From Candidatus Shapirobacteria bacterium GW2011_GWF2_37_20 (GTDB lineage: Bacteria; Patescibacteriota; Microgenomatia; UBA12405): a stretch of 64,000 bases of DNA. The stretch spans positions 2,104 through 66,103 of the forward strand of contig LBTB01000001.1 in NCBI GenBank assembly GCA_000989305.1, read 5' to 3'. A model generated the notes under the pieces. That model made no database searches and was not told the origin of the DNA. It saw only the letters and a list, made by a program, of their open reading frames with translations. Made by a program: the position numbers and the translations under genes. This document shows, piece by piece, positions 39,139 through 48,574 of the stretch (position 1 is its first letter; each line of letters starts with the position of its first letter).

Positions 39139-40345
39139 ATTTGTATACCGGGCCAAGGATTGGAGCGGAAAATTGGTCAGGGGGGAGTTAGAAATGGGCT
39201 CAAAGAAAGAAGTGGTGGAATCGATAAAGGGTAACGGGTTGATTCCCCTATCGGTGGAAGCAGTAGCGAGTAATTTTTTTTCGGAGATTAATAAAAAAAT
39301 AAAGGGTAGGGTTAACTTAAAACAAGTCAGCACTTTTACCAGACAATTATCGACGATGATGACTGCCGGTTTACCTCTAACTGACGCTTTAGCCTTATTG
39401 AAAAATCAGCAAAGTGAAAATGATGGTTTATATCAAGTTTTGGAAAAGACCTTGGAAGAAGTTCGGGCGGGAATGCCTCTGGGAAAATCTCTTGAAAAAT
39501 ATAAAAATATTTTCGGGGAGGCTTATGTGGCTTCAATTTCAGCCGGTGAAGAGGCCGGAGTATTGGATGAAGTTTTGGGAAAGCTGGCTACTAACCTGGA
39601 AAATCAAAACGAGTTTCAAGGAAAGGTTAAGGGGGCAATGATTTATCCGGTAATTGTGATTGTGGCCATGATAATTGTGGTGTTTATTATGATGATTTTT
39701 GTAATTCCGAAGTTAACCGGATTATATGCGGATTTTGGGACGGCAAAAATGCCGGCGGCGACCCAGGCCCTGATGTCAGTTTCCGCTTTTATGGCCAAAA
39801 CCTGGTACTTGTTTCCAGTATTAATTGCTGGAGGGTATTTTGCCTATTCTGTGGGGATAAAAAGTGAAAAATTTCGGTTGAAAAAGGATAGTCTACTGTT
39901 GAAGATACCGATTGTGGGGGTGTTGAATGAAAAATCAATTATGGCCAATACCTGTCGAACTTTTTCCATGTTGTTAACGGCAGGAATTACTCTGGTTGAG
40001 GCGCTAAAGATTGTGGCTACGGTTTCAGGAAATGAGGTTTATAAAAAAGCCTATCTGCAGATTGCTGAGAAGGTCCAAAAAGGTTTTTCAGTGGCAACAT
40101 CTTTTGAAAATACGAGTGTGTTTCCGATAATTGTTAACCAAATGATTTCTACAGGTGAGGCGACGGGAAAATTGGATGACGTATTGATGAGGGTGTCTGA
40201 TTATTTTTCAAAAGAAGCTGAAGAATCGGTGAAAGCATTAACGGCGGCAATCGAACCGGCAATTATGATAATTCTGGGAATTGGGGTAGGGTTTCTGGTA
40301 ATAGCGGTGGTGATGCCGATATATAACTTGACATCGTCATTTTAG
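39131..40345 (+). CDS. pilC: Type IV pilus inner-membrane platform protein PilC (GspF family)
   Basis: Two GspF repeats, 3 TM helices. 404 aa. Confidence 0.9.
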   Translation: MAKFVYRAKDWSGKLVRGELEMGSKKEVVESIKGNGLIPLSVEAVASNFFSEINKKIKGRVNLKQVSTFTRQLSTMMTAGLPLTDALALLKNQQSENDGLYQVLEKTLEEVRAGMPLGKSLEKYKNIFGEAYVASISAGEEAGVLDEVLGKLATNLENQNEFQGKVKGAMIYPVIVIVAMIIVVFIMMIFVIPKLTGLYADFGTAKMPAATQALMSVSAFMAKTWYLFPVLIAGGYFAYSVGIKSEKFRLKKDSLLLKIPIVGVLNEKSIMANTCRTFSMLLTAGITLVEALKIVATVSGNEVYKKAYLQIAEKVQKGFSVATSFENTSVFPIIVNQMISTGEATGKLDDVLMRVSDYFSKEAEESVKALTAAIEPAIMIILGIGVGFLVIAVVMPIYNLTSSF

Positions 40346-40389
40346 TAGTAAATAATGATACTAATTACTCATTATATTTTTAATATAAA

Positions 40390-41061
40390 ATGAAAAAAGC
40401 ATTTACGTTGGTAGAACTACTGATCGTCATTGCCTTGATTGCTATTTTGTCGGTAGCAGTTTTGGCCACAATTAATCCTATTGAACAAACGAATAAGGCT
40501 CGGGATGCTAAGTTTAAAAACGATGCAGCCGAAGTTTTGAGCGGATATGAAAGATTTTTTGCCTCTCAGAATAAATATCCCTGGAATATGGATAATGATG
40601 GTTTGGGTAGCATTGATAACGGTGAGGTGGCCTCAGGTGTAAATAATATTGCCTTTTTGTCAAGAGATTGGAGGTTTGGAGTTTTGGATGAAACAGGAGC
40701 GGCGAGCGGTCAATTAATTACGACCTCGGAGTTAAAAACTGCTTTTGGAAGTAGCAAAGAACCTTTTGATGATACGGTAGTCGCTGGAAGTGAGGACGCA
40801 ATGTACATGTTTCATTCCAATGATTCAAATTACGTTTGTTTTTGTCCTAAAGCTAACGCTAACCGGACTGGGGCTGTTGCCAGTCAGTTGAAGTGTTTGG
40901 ATAGAGTTGAAGCCGTGAATGCTACTGTCGATGTTTCAACGGCAACCTTAAGTGATTTGGGTGGAACTTGTTTAGCGGCAGCTGATCCAAAGGCTAACGG
41001 TTTTTGTGATTTAGGAACTACAGCTAATCTTCTCTGTGTCCCAGAAGGTGATATAAATTAA
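40390..41061 (+). CDS. Type IV pilin (candidate major pilin)
   Basis: Class III signal 'MKKAFTLVELLIVIALIAIL' (Glu5). C-terminal Cys pairs. First pilin after pilBTC and followed by a strong terminator. Confidence 0.85.
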   Translation: MKKAFTLVELLIVIALIAILSVAVLATINPIEQTNKARDAKFKNDAAEVLSGYERFFASQNKYPWNMDNDGLGSIDNGEVASGVNNIAFLSRDWRFGVLDETGAASGQLITTSELKTAFGSSKEPFDDTVVAGSEDAMYMFHSNDSNYVCFCPKANANRTGAVASQLKCLDRVEAVNATVDVSTATLSDLGGTCLAAADPKANGFCDLGTTANLLCVPEGDIN

Positions 41062-41075
41062 AAAATCATTGTAGA

Positions 41076-41105
41076 TTTTCAACCCCGTCGCAAGGCGGGG
41101 TTTTT
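41076..41105 (+). terminator. Rho-independent terminator after major pilin gene
   Basis: 'aaccccgtcgcaaggcggggttttt'. GC stem then a T-run. Confidence 0.6.
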
Positions 41106-41129
41106 GGTGGAAATAAGTTACAATTAACT

Positions 41130-41888
41130 ATGTATTTGTTTTTAGGAATTATGATTTTTTTGTTGGGGTTGTGTGTTGGGAGTTTTATCAATATGGCCTT
41201 GTGGCGGGTGGGAAATAACAAGTCACTGCTTAAAGAAAAAAGAAGCTATTGTGATTTTTGTAAAAAGAAATTGAAATGGTATGACAATGTCCCGGTGTTG
41301 TCCTTTTTAATTTATAAAGGAAAGAGTCGGTGTTGTGGAAAAAAATTGTCACCCTCCTACCCTATTGTGGAAATATTGACCGGAATAATTTTTGTTTTGA
41401 ATTTTTACTATTCAACTACCTATCTACTACTCTTTTTAACTTTTATAATCTTGGGATTGTTGGTTTTCGAGGCAGCTTTTGATTTTAAATACATGACCTT
41501 ACCTGATTTGACAGCCTTTTTATTAATTGGCCTGGCTCTATTGAGGTGGTTAGTGTTGGGAACGCCAAAATCCTTTTTGGTTTCGGCCTTAATATCGGGG
41601 TTATTTATTTTGCTTTTGCATAAAATTAAGATACGGGGTCATGAAGCCATGGGTGACGGAGATATTTTATTGGCGGTATTTATGGGATTATTTTTAGGTT
41701 TTCCCAATATTGTTGTCGCCTTTTATATAGCATTTGTGATGGGGGCGATTGTTGGCGGGTTTTTAATATTAAAAAAAATAGTAGGACGGCTGACCCCAAT
41801 TCCCTTTGGTCCCTTTCTGATTTTGGGAACAGTAGTGGCTTTTTGGTGGGGAGAGAAAATAATAAGGATTTTAGAGATTAGATTTTGA
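41130..41888 (+). CDS. pilD: Prepilin peptidase PilD (A24 family)
   Basis: N-terminal Zn-binding 'CDFCKKKL...CCGKKL'. Multi-TM. Conserved Asp-containing loops ('GDGD'). Confidence 0.88.
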   Translation: MYLFLGIMIFLLGLCVGSFINMALWRVGNNKSLLKEKRSYCDFCKKKLKWYDNVPVLSFLIYKGKSRCCGKKLSPSYPIVEILTGIIFVLNFYYSTTYLLLFLTFIILGLLVFEAAFDFKYMTLPDLTAFLLIGLALLRWLVLGTPKSFLVSALISGLFILLLHKIKIRGHEAMGDGDILLAVFMGLFLGFPNIVVAFYIAFVMGAIVGGFLILKKIVGRLTPIPFGPFLILGTVVAFWWGEKIIRILEIRF

Positions 41889-41927
41889 GACTAGAAAACA
41901 TAATTAAAAAAGAAGTAGAATAAATAA

Positions 41928-42575
41928 ATGAAGAAAAGTGGAATAACGCTGGTGGAAATATTGATTGTAATGGCGATTATTTTGTTACTGATTGCAGTGG
42001 CGATTGGGGCTTTGAATCCGATTGGAATAATGAATCGGGCCCGGGATGCACAAGTAAAAAAAGATTTGAACCGAATTAGAATTTCTTTTGAGGATTATTA
42101 TAACGACAAGGGTTGTTATCCAAACAGAGAAAAGATAGAGGAGCTGGCTTTAGGGAGTAATTGTGATTCTAAAGTTGTTTTTAGGCCGTGGATGGCCAGT
42201 TGGCCTTGTGATCCGAATGATAAACCTTACCAGGTGTTGATAGGTTATGATGAAAATTGCCCAAAATGGTTTAAAATATTGGCTTCTTTGGAAAATAAAA
42301 CGGATAAAGAAATTTCTTATGAGCTGGTGACTGAAGGAACTTTGGCGGTAGGATCTACTGCTTATAACTATGGAGTTTCCAGCGGCAATATTACAATTGA
42401 AGAAATCACTGGTTTAAAAGATCCTTATTGTGGAAATTTGGGCAGTTGCTATTATTATCCGGCTCCAAATATGTGCAATAAAACTGATAGTAGCGGGTGT
42501 TCCGGGACGAATTGTTATTTGGGAGAATGTAGTGTCCGCTGTCATGTGAGTTGCTGTGGTCCAGGATGTGATTAA
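41928..42575 (+). CDS. Prepilin-type protein with Cys-rich C-terminus
   Basis: 'MKKSGITLVEILIVMAIILLL' signal. C-terminal 'CGNLGSCYYYPAPNMCNKTDSSGCSGTNCYLGECSVRCHVSCCGPGCD'. Confidence 0.75.
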   Translation: MKKSGITLVEILIVMAIILLLIAVAIGALNPIGIMNRARDAQVKKDLNRIRISFEDYYNDKGCYPNREKIEELALGSNCDSKVVFRPWMASWPCDPNDKPYQVLIGYDENCPKWFKILASLENKTDKEISYELVTEGTLAVGSTAYNYGVSSGNITIEEITGLKDPYCGNLGSCYYYPAPNMCNKTDSSGCSGTNCYLGECSVRCHVSCCGPGCD

Positions 42576-42598
42576 AAAATATGTTAAATTTATATAAG

Positions 42599-43111
42599 AT
42601 GAAAAAAGCATTTACCTTAGTTGAACTATTGGTGGTAATTGCGATTATGGGTATTTTGACTATGATAACCGTGTCACAGTTTCAAACGGCTAAACGTAAA
42701 GCTAATGATGTGGCTAGAAAAGGAGATTTGAATGCGGTGGCTAAAGCTTTGCAAATGTATTATACGGACTACAGTGTGATGCCGGAGATGGATAATGTTG
42801 CTGGTGGTCAAATTGCGGTGGGGGGGGTAACGAAAGCCTGGGGGGCGGAATTCAATGATGCTAGTGGTTATGTTTATATGAAGACTTTACCCAGAGAAAA
42901 TAATGATGCTTTACCGGCTTATTGTTATAAAACGGATGCTAACAAAAAGTTCTATGCTTTATTTGCGATGCTGGAAAATGGGGTTGATAGTCAGTGTGAT
43001 CGAAACAATGACGGGATGGCAGACGTGACCTATCGGTGCGGAGGAAATTTATATTGTTTTGCTTATGTCAGCCCTAATACTAGTTTAAATACAGATGGTA
43101 GCTTCAAATAA
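42599..43111 (+). CDS. Prepilin-type protein
   Basis: 'MKKAFTLVELLVVIAIMGIL' (internal Met of ORF 42581). Confidence 0.8.
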   Translation: MKKAFTLVELLVVIAIMGILTMITVSQFQTAKRKANDVARKGDLNAVAKALQMYYTDYSVMPEMDNVAGGQIAVGGVTKAWGAEFNDASGYVYMKTLPRENNDALPAYCYKTDANKKFYALFAMLENGVDSQCDRNNDGMADVTYRCGGNLYCFAYVSPNTSLNTDGSFK

Positions 43112-43538
43112 GAAAGCCTTTACTTTGATCGAATTGCTAGTGGTAATCAGTATTATTGCTACACTTACGGCAATATTGTTGCCAAATTTTATGGGGGCTA
43201 GGGAAAGGGCGGCTGATTCCAACAAAAAACAGGGTTTAGTGGCGATAAAAAATGCCTTAAGACTTTTTTATAATGACACCCAAAATTACCCTTCTTCAAC
43301 AAATATGACTGAGTTAGAAACGACACTGGCCTCCTATATGCCAAGTATTAGTGGAATTGGTTTCACTTATAGTTACGCTCAAACCAATGGTGGCGATGGG
43401 TTTCAATTATGCGTTGAGGTTGATTCGGGGGGAAATGAAATTAGTGTTTCACAAGCTCAGTGCAAGGATGCCATTAATCAGGTGTGCGGGACAACGATCA
43501 GTAGCAACTTAAAATTATTTGTTGTTTGCGCTAATTAA
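43095..43538 (+). CDS. Prepilin-type protein
   Basis: 'NKKAFTLIELLVVISIIA'. Two C-terminal Cys. Confidence 0.75.
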   Translation: MVASNKKAFTLIELLVVISIIATLTAILLPNFMGARERAADSNKKQGLVAIKNALRLFYNDTQNYPSSTNMTELETTLASYMPSISGIGFTYSYAQTNGGDGFQLCVEVDSGGNEISVSQAQCKDAINQVCGTTISSNLKLFVVCAN

Positions 43539-43542
43539 AAAT

Positions 43543-43971
43543 ATGAAAAAAGCTTTTACCCTATTTGAACTATTAGTCAGCATTTCGATTATCGGAATTT
43601 TAGTGGCAGTGGCATCGACTTCTTATAGCGGGGCTCAGAAAAAGGCCAGGGATTCGAGAAGAATGGAAGATTTGAATAGTATTCAAAAAGCCTTGGAACT
43701 ATATTACAGTACCAATCCAACCAGTCCTTTTACTTATCCGTCAGTAAGCGGTGGTCAAGCTGTGGGAATGACACCGGTCTATATTCAAAGTTGGCCAAGG
43801 GATCCAAAGACCGGAATACCTTATGTTTATAATTTTAATGTGCCGGCGGCGGGGAATTATTGCGTTGGGGTAAGCTTAGATTATCCGGTGGGTAATTGTC
43901 CCAACCCTACTACCTGTGTGGGCATTGGAGCGAGTGCCGCCTCCTATTATTGTGTTAAAAGCCAACAATAA
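43543..43971 (+). CDS. Prepilin-type protein
   Basis: 'MKKAFTLFELLVSISIIGIL'. C-terminal Cys pairs. Confidence 0.8.
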   Translation: MKKAFTLFELLVSISIIGILVAVASTSYSGAQKKARDSRRMEDLNSIQKALELYYSTNPTSPFTYPSVSGGQAVGMTPVYIQSWPRDPKTGIPYVYNFNVPAAGNYCVGVSLDYPVGNCPNPTTCVGIGASAASYYCVKSQQ

Positions 43972-44016
43972 ACAAAGAAAGAAGTTAGAGATTAGAAAAA
44001 GATTTTAGAAATATAA

Positions 44017-44409
44017 ATGAAAAAAAACAAAAAAGGATTTAGTTTTATTGAGTTGATTGTAGTGGTGACGATAATAGCGGTACTGAGTGTGGTGGGAGTG
44101 GTAAGTTATGGGGCAATAAATAAAAAATCTCGTGATTCACGGCGTATTTCTGATTTAGCAAATATGCGCATGGCCCTGGAGGCGATGAGGCAAATTGGGA
44201 CGACTTATCCCCTAGACAGTAGCGGTTTACCCGTGGGATTAGCACCAACTTACATGGAAGTGTTGCCCAAGGATCCAAAAAGCGGGTCATATTTTTATAC
44301 TCAGCTTTCCAGTGGCTATAGATACACAATTTGGGCAAAAATGGAGGATTTAGGTTCAACTACAGGGGATTATGGTAGTGGCTATAATTACCAGGTAAAC
44401 AACCCATGA
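44017..44409 (+). CDS. Prepilin-type protein (canonical Gly at -1)
   Basis: 'MKKNKKGFSFIELIVVVTIIAVL'. Confidence 0.8.
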   Translation: MKKNKKGFSFIELIVVVTIIAVLSVVGVVSYGAINKKSRDSRRISDLANMRMALEAMRQIGTTYPLDSSGLPVGLAPTYMEVLPKDPKSGSYFYTQLSSGYRYTIWAKMEDLGSTTGDYGSGYNYQVNNP

Positions 44410-44888
44410 AACGGGCTTTTAGCCTGGTGGAAATTTTGGTTTTGGTAACGATATTGGCTGTTATTTCTGGTGGAGCTCTGGTGTATTTAAATAGTTTTAA
44501 TTCTCAACAAAAATTAAATAAGGGAAGAGATGAAGTGGTTTTGGCTATAAAACTGGCGCAGAGTTATGCCAAGACCAGACAGTTGCCGGTTGGTTCGGAT
44601 GAAACAGAGTTGAGATATGTTCAACTGCAAATAAAGGACGGTAATTTAGTGGCTGGAGCTAACGGGATCGGTTCGACTTATTTTAGTATTCGGATTGGTA
44701 ACGAGGGAATAGGAGTAAGTATTTCTCCTCAAGTGATTTATTTTTGGGCAGGAAATGGTTTTTGGGTAAAAGATGAGCTGGGAACTTTAAACAGCAACAA
44801 TGAGAAGGCCGAGGTAACTATCGAGCAAAAAAACATAATAATTAGTCAGGAAAAAATTGAAATAAATAGTTTGGGACAAATTCAATAA
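44406..44888 (+). CDS. Minor pilin-like protein
   Basis: 'MKRAFSLVEILVLVTILAVISGG'. Paralog of the N-terminal 110 aa of the next gene. Confidence 0.7.
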   Translation: MKRAFSLVEILVLVTILAVISGGALVYLNSFNSQQKLNKGRDEVVLAIKLAQSYAKTRQLPVGSDETELRYVQLQIKDGNLVAGANGIGSTYFSIRIGNEGIGVSISPQVIYFWAGNGFWVKDELGTLNSNNEKAEVTIEQKNIIISQEKIEINSLGQIQ

Positions 44889-44930
44889 AATTAATAAAAA
44901 ATATATTGTGATTGTGCTAAAGTTTTATTA

Positions 44931-45710
44931 GTGAAGAGTAGTTTTACCTTAATAGAATTGTTGATTTCTTTTACGATTTTGGCAGTAATTTCGGGCGGAG
45001 CTCTGATGTATTTAAATAATTTTAATGCTCAACAGAACCTGGACAAGGTAAGCAATGAAGTGGTGTCTTCGTTGAAATTATCGCATAGTTACGCAAAAAC
45101 AAAACAAGTACCGATTGGTTCAGCTGAAACAGAGCTGAGATATATACAAGTTCAAATGGTGGGAAGCGGCATTGTGGCCAGGGCAAGCGGGATAGGAGAA
45201 ACTTTTTTTGACATTAAGATAAATAATAATGGAATTGGGGTGAGCTTTTCTCCCGGGGTAATATATTTTTGGGCAGGAAATGGTTTTTTGTCACATGATG
45301 GTGCTGGAGAAATGTATGGAGCTGGAGAGACGGTGACAATTACCGTTCAATCACAAAATAATTTTATTGGTTATAACGCAATAATAGTTGACGCTTTGGG
45401 TCAAGTGAAGTTAATAAGCTACAATGAGGGTGTGCTTCCTAGTCGAGTACCGACGGCAGTACCAACAACAGTAGTACCAACGGTGGCACCAACAACAACA
45501 ATACCAACGGTAACACCAGTACCAGTCTGTAGGTTGGGCGGGGTTGCTTGTGGTGTTCACAGTGATTGTTGCTCTTATTATTGTAGTAGTGGTGCCTGTC
45601 TGGGTGTGCCATCAGCAACACCAACATTATCTTGCAAGTTGGGTGGGGTTGCTTGTGGTGTCCATGGTGATTGTTGCTCTTATTATTGTAATCTTAATTT
45701 TTGCAATTAA
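44931..45710 (+). CDS. Minor pilin-like protein with Thr/Pro/Val linker and two tandem Cys-knot-like modules
   Basis: GTG start 'MKSSFTLIELLISFTILAV'. 'TAVPTTVVPTVAPTTTIPTVTPVPV' linker. Duplicated 'C(R/K)LGGVACGVH(S/G)DCCSYYC' modules. Confidence 0.7.
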   Translation: MKSSFTLIELLISFTILAVISGGALMYLNNFNAQQNLDKVSNEVVSSLKLSHSYAKTKQVPIGSAETELRYIQVQMVGSGIVARASGIGETFFDIKINNNGIGVSFSPGVIYFWAGNGFLSHDGAGEMYGAGETVTITVQSQNNFIGYNAIIVDALGQVKLISYNEGVLPSRVPTAVPTTVVPTVAPTTTIPTVTPVPVCRLGGVACGVHSDCCSYYCSSGACLGVPSATPTLSCKLGGVACGVHGDCCSYYCNLNFCN

Positions 45711-45714
45711 AAAT

Positions 45715-46134
45715 ATGATTGTCGTAAAAAGAAAAGCCCAAGGAGTAATTGAATCAGTATTTGCTGTCGGGATATTGGCGTTGTTGCTGACCGGGGCAGT
45801 AATATTGGTGATTATGGGAATTGCCAATAGACGGAGCAGTTTTGACAGAAGAAAGGCAACAGAATTGGCAAGCATAACCATTGAAGAACTGATTAGCATA
45901 AGTCAAAATAATCCTGAAGAGTTTTGGCGACTGACAAATGTCAGCAATCTAAGAAAGGATGGTTATGATGGTTATTCTTATTCAATTTCTTTTACCAATG
46001 TTAGTGGTGACATTAACTATCCTCAGTGCGGAGTCGGGAAAACTGATTGTGCTGAAGCAGTGGTGTCAGTCGGCTGGTCGGGAAAGACGGAACAGAGTTT
46101 ATATTTTAACCGTTTTTTCAGCAAAAATGACTAA
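45715..46134 (+). CDS. Hypothetical membrane-anchored protein, possibly pseudopilin-like
   Basis: 'MIVVKRKAQGVIESVFAVGILALLL' is a noncanonical prepilin-like N-terminus. Internal Met of ORF 45544. Confidence 0.45.
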   Translation: MIVVKRKAQGVIESVFAVGILALLLTGAVILVIMGIANRRSSFDRRKATELASITIEELISISQNNPEEFWRLTNVSNLRKDGYDGYSYSISFTNVSGDINYPQCGVGKTDCAEAVVSVGWSGKTEQSLYFNRFFSKND

Positions 46135-46621
46135 AAAAGCTTTTACCTTAATCGAAACTTTGGTAGCAGTGGGGGTGTTGGCGGTGTTGATGGTGACTGT
46201 GGGAGCAATTTTGTTGATGTCGCTCAAATCAAAAAATTCAACGGAAGTTAATGAGTCAATGTCCTCGATTGCAGTATTTACTTTAGGAGAATTAAAGAAA
46301 AATATTTTTGATGCTCAATTGGGTCAGATAAATTGTCCGGTTGATATCGGGAATTCGATTAGTTTTATGACTAAAAGCGGTGGTGTGACTACCCTACTCT
46401 GTGACGAGGCTAGTGGAGAAGTTGCGTCGGTATCGGCCAGCGGGAATAATTATTTTTTGAACGAAAAAGTCAGAATTCAAAATTGTAATGATTTTGTATG
46501 GTGTACCCTGTCGGCTGATTCAGAAATATTGTCGATTGGATTTAGTTTAAATTTGGTGACCGGTGGTGATGGAGTGGGAAATTCGGGAATCTTTCACGGA
46601 GCAGTGACCCCAAGAGACTGA
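46127..46621 (+). CDS. Minor pilin-like protein
   Basis: 'MTKKAFTLIETLVAVGVLAVL'. Internal Met of ORF 45959. Confidence 0.7.
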   Translation: MTKKAFTLIETLVAVGVLAVLMVTVGAILLMSLKSKNSTEVNESMSSIAVFTLGELKKNIFDAQLGQINCPVDIGNSISFMTKSGGVTTLLCDEASGEVASVSASGNNYFLNEKVRIQNCNDFVWCTLSADSEILSIGFSLNLVTGGDGVGNSGIFHGAVTPRD

Positions 46622-46763
46622 AATTTGGCGGTATATCCAACAATATAGATATAAATAAACTCACAGGTATGTAATGGGTATGTATGTACTTTATGCCATC
46701 TTCCCGTTTAAATTCGAATAATAGAGTGCTATAATTGTTCTATAATATTATAGGTTAGTACTT

Positions 46764-48056
46764 ATGATTGAAAAAATGACTGAAATAAAAAATGGAGCTA
46801 GTAGAGGCTCTTGGAGAAGAGCTTTTAGTGGAGCTGCGGCTGGAGTAATTGCGGCTACCACTATTGCAGGTTGTGGTGAAACTATTAAAACTGCGGTAGT
46901 TGATCCGACACCAACTTTAGAAGCTTCCCCGGTATCGGGAACTGGAGAGTTTTCGGTGTTGTTTACCCCAAATAGTTTGCAGAATCTAGATGCTGAGGCC
47001 AAAGCGATTGTGAGCAAGAACTTGGAATTAATTAATCAGGAATGTAATCAAGACTTACCGGGAAGAATGATGCCCGGGAGCGAGAAGTATCTCTTTGCTA
47101 GAAACAAGAGTAATGAAACTTTTATTTGGGGTTTTTGTGATGTGGCCTCGGCTGATGCACCGCCAAAAACGGTGGTGTCAATGTTTGATTGGACGGCAGG
47201 ACCTTCGGGAGAGACGCAAAAAATTTATCAGGATTTAGTAGCTTTTGATGATGGCACTATGGGTTATGTGGACAGTAACGGCAATTCTCATGCGATTTTG
47301 AAGATAAATAATGACAACATGATTGAGGTTTATGATATTAATGAAAAAGTGGTGGCAGAGCAAGTAATGACGTCGGAGGCAATTGGATTTTTTGATGGAA
47401 TAAAAAATGTTAGTGGAAATTTTGAGCCAACAGCGATAGCAACTGAGGTAGCCAAAAAAACATACGATATCGATATGGAAAAGTTTTTTAATGCAGCTCC
47501 AAGTTATGAATATATGGTGGCTCATCCTGACGAATACGTTGAGGCTCCTGATTTATTGAGCGATGTCGAAGCTTTTAAAGATTGGTATTACAATAAATAT
47601 ATTCCGGCTTTGTGTGAGGGAAATAAATATAGAATGGAGACGAATGTTTATATGGGTGCAAGTGGATTTGATAAATCGGGAAATTTACAGATTTCCGCAA
47701 TGGATGGGATTGCAGGTCCGTTAACTAATAAATTGCCGATGGCTTTTTTCATACACGATGAAATTCTTTTTCCCATTTTGGCTTTTACTGTAGATAATGT
47801 TAATAATGGTAATATTGGTACTTATTCAATTATTTTGCATGAGAAATATGGCGGAAGAGATGGTTTTGAAGCGATAAGCAACTTATATGGGGGAAAAAGG
47901 GTTATAAATTTGACAGGAGAGATTTCAGTAGGGCCAGAAGAGTTTAATTCTGATGTAAGAAAAGAGTTTTTTATGACTGATTTTAATTGGGTTGATGTCG
48001 ATAGTAACTTTACTAATTTTAGAATTGGTTTGGGTGGGGTAATAACGAGCGATTGA
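46764..48056 (+). CDS. Putative lipoprotein (430 aa)
   Basis: Signal peptide with lipobox 'TIAGCG'. No further domain recognised. Embedded in the pilus locus. Confidence 0.6.
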   Translation: MIEKMTEIKNGASRGSWRRAFSGAAAGVIAATTIAGCGETIKTAVVDPTPTLEASPVSGTGEFSVLFTPNSLQNLDAEAKAIVSKNLELINQECNQDLPGRMMPGSEKYLFARNKSNETFIWGFCDVASADAPPKTVVSMFDWTAGPSGETQKIYQDLVAFDDGTMGYVDSNGNSHAILKINNDNMIEVYDINEKVVAEQVMTSEAIGFFDGIKNVSGNFEPTAIATEVAKKTYDIDMEKFFNAAPSYEYMVAHPDEYVEAPDLLSDVEAFKDWYYNKYIPALCEGNKYRMETNVYMGASGFDKSGNLQISAMDGIAGPLTNKLPMAFFIHDEILFPILAFTVDNVNNGNIGTYSIILHEKYGGRDGFEAISNLYGGKRVINLTGEISVGPEEFNSDVRKEFFMTDFNWVDVDSNFTNFRIGLGGVITSD

Positions 48057-48100
48057 TGAAGCCTGTTGAGATTCGGTGAAGAGTCGTCTATACTTTTTTA

Positions 48101-48574
48101 ATGAAATGGTGGTATGTGGTAGTGTTGATGGTTGGGGTGGGAATTGGTTGGTGGATTTTAAAAAATTATGGAGTTAAGAAAGAGGTATCTTTCGGTGGAG
48201 TAGTGGAGGAAAGTATTGTTCTGGGAGAAGTGGCGAAATTGCCAACGATAATTATTTCCGACAATAAGGGAAAAAAGGTGGAAGCAGTGGCGGTGGATGG
48301 AGGTATAGTTCAAAAATGGAGCCCGGAAACGGGGGAAATTGAATTTATCAGGGAAGAAAAATTATGGAAATTGACAGTTAATCCGACTGAGGCGATGATT
48401 ACTATTCCAAATATAAGTGATAGAACAAGGATAATTTTGGTCTCAGATAAAAGTAGTCTGCATTGGAAAACTGCATTTTGTAAGGGTGACTTTGTGTCGA
48501 TTAGGTTGAGCGGAAATAAGGTGATGGCCATTGATAATGGCGGTTATAGATCGTGTGGATTTAAAGGCGAATGA
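48101..48574 (+). CDS. Bitopic membrane protein
   Basis: N-terminal TM 'MKWWYVVVLMVGVGIGWWIL'. 157 aa. Stop overlaps the start of the next gene. Confidence 0.5.
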   Translation: MKWWYVVVLMVGVGIGWWILKNYGVKKEVSFGGVVEESIVLGEVAKLPTIIISDNKGKKVEAVAVDGGIVQKWSPETGEIEFIREEKLWKLTVNPTEAMITIPNISDRTRIILVSDKSSLHWKTAFCKGDFVSIRLSGNKVMAIDNGGYRSCGFKGE

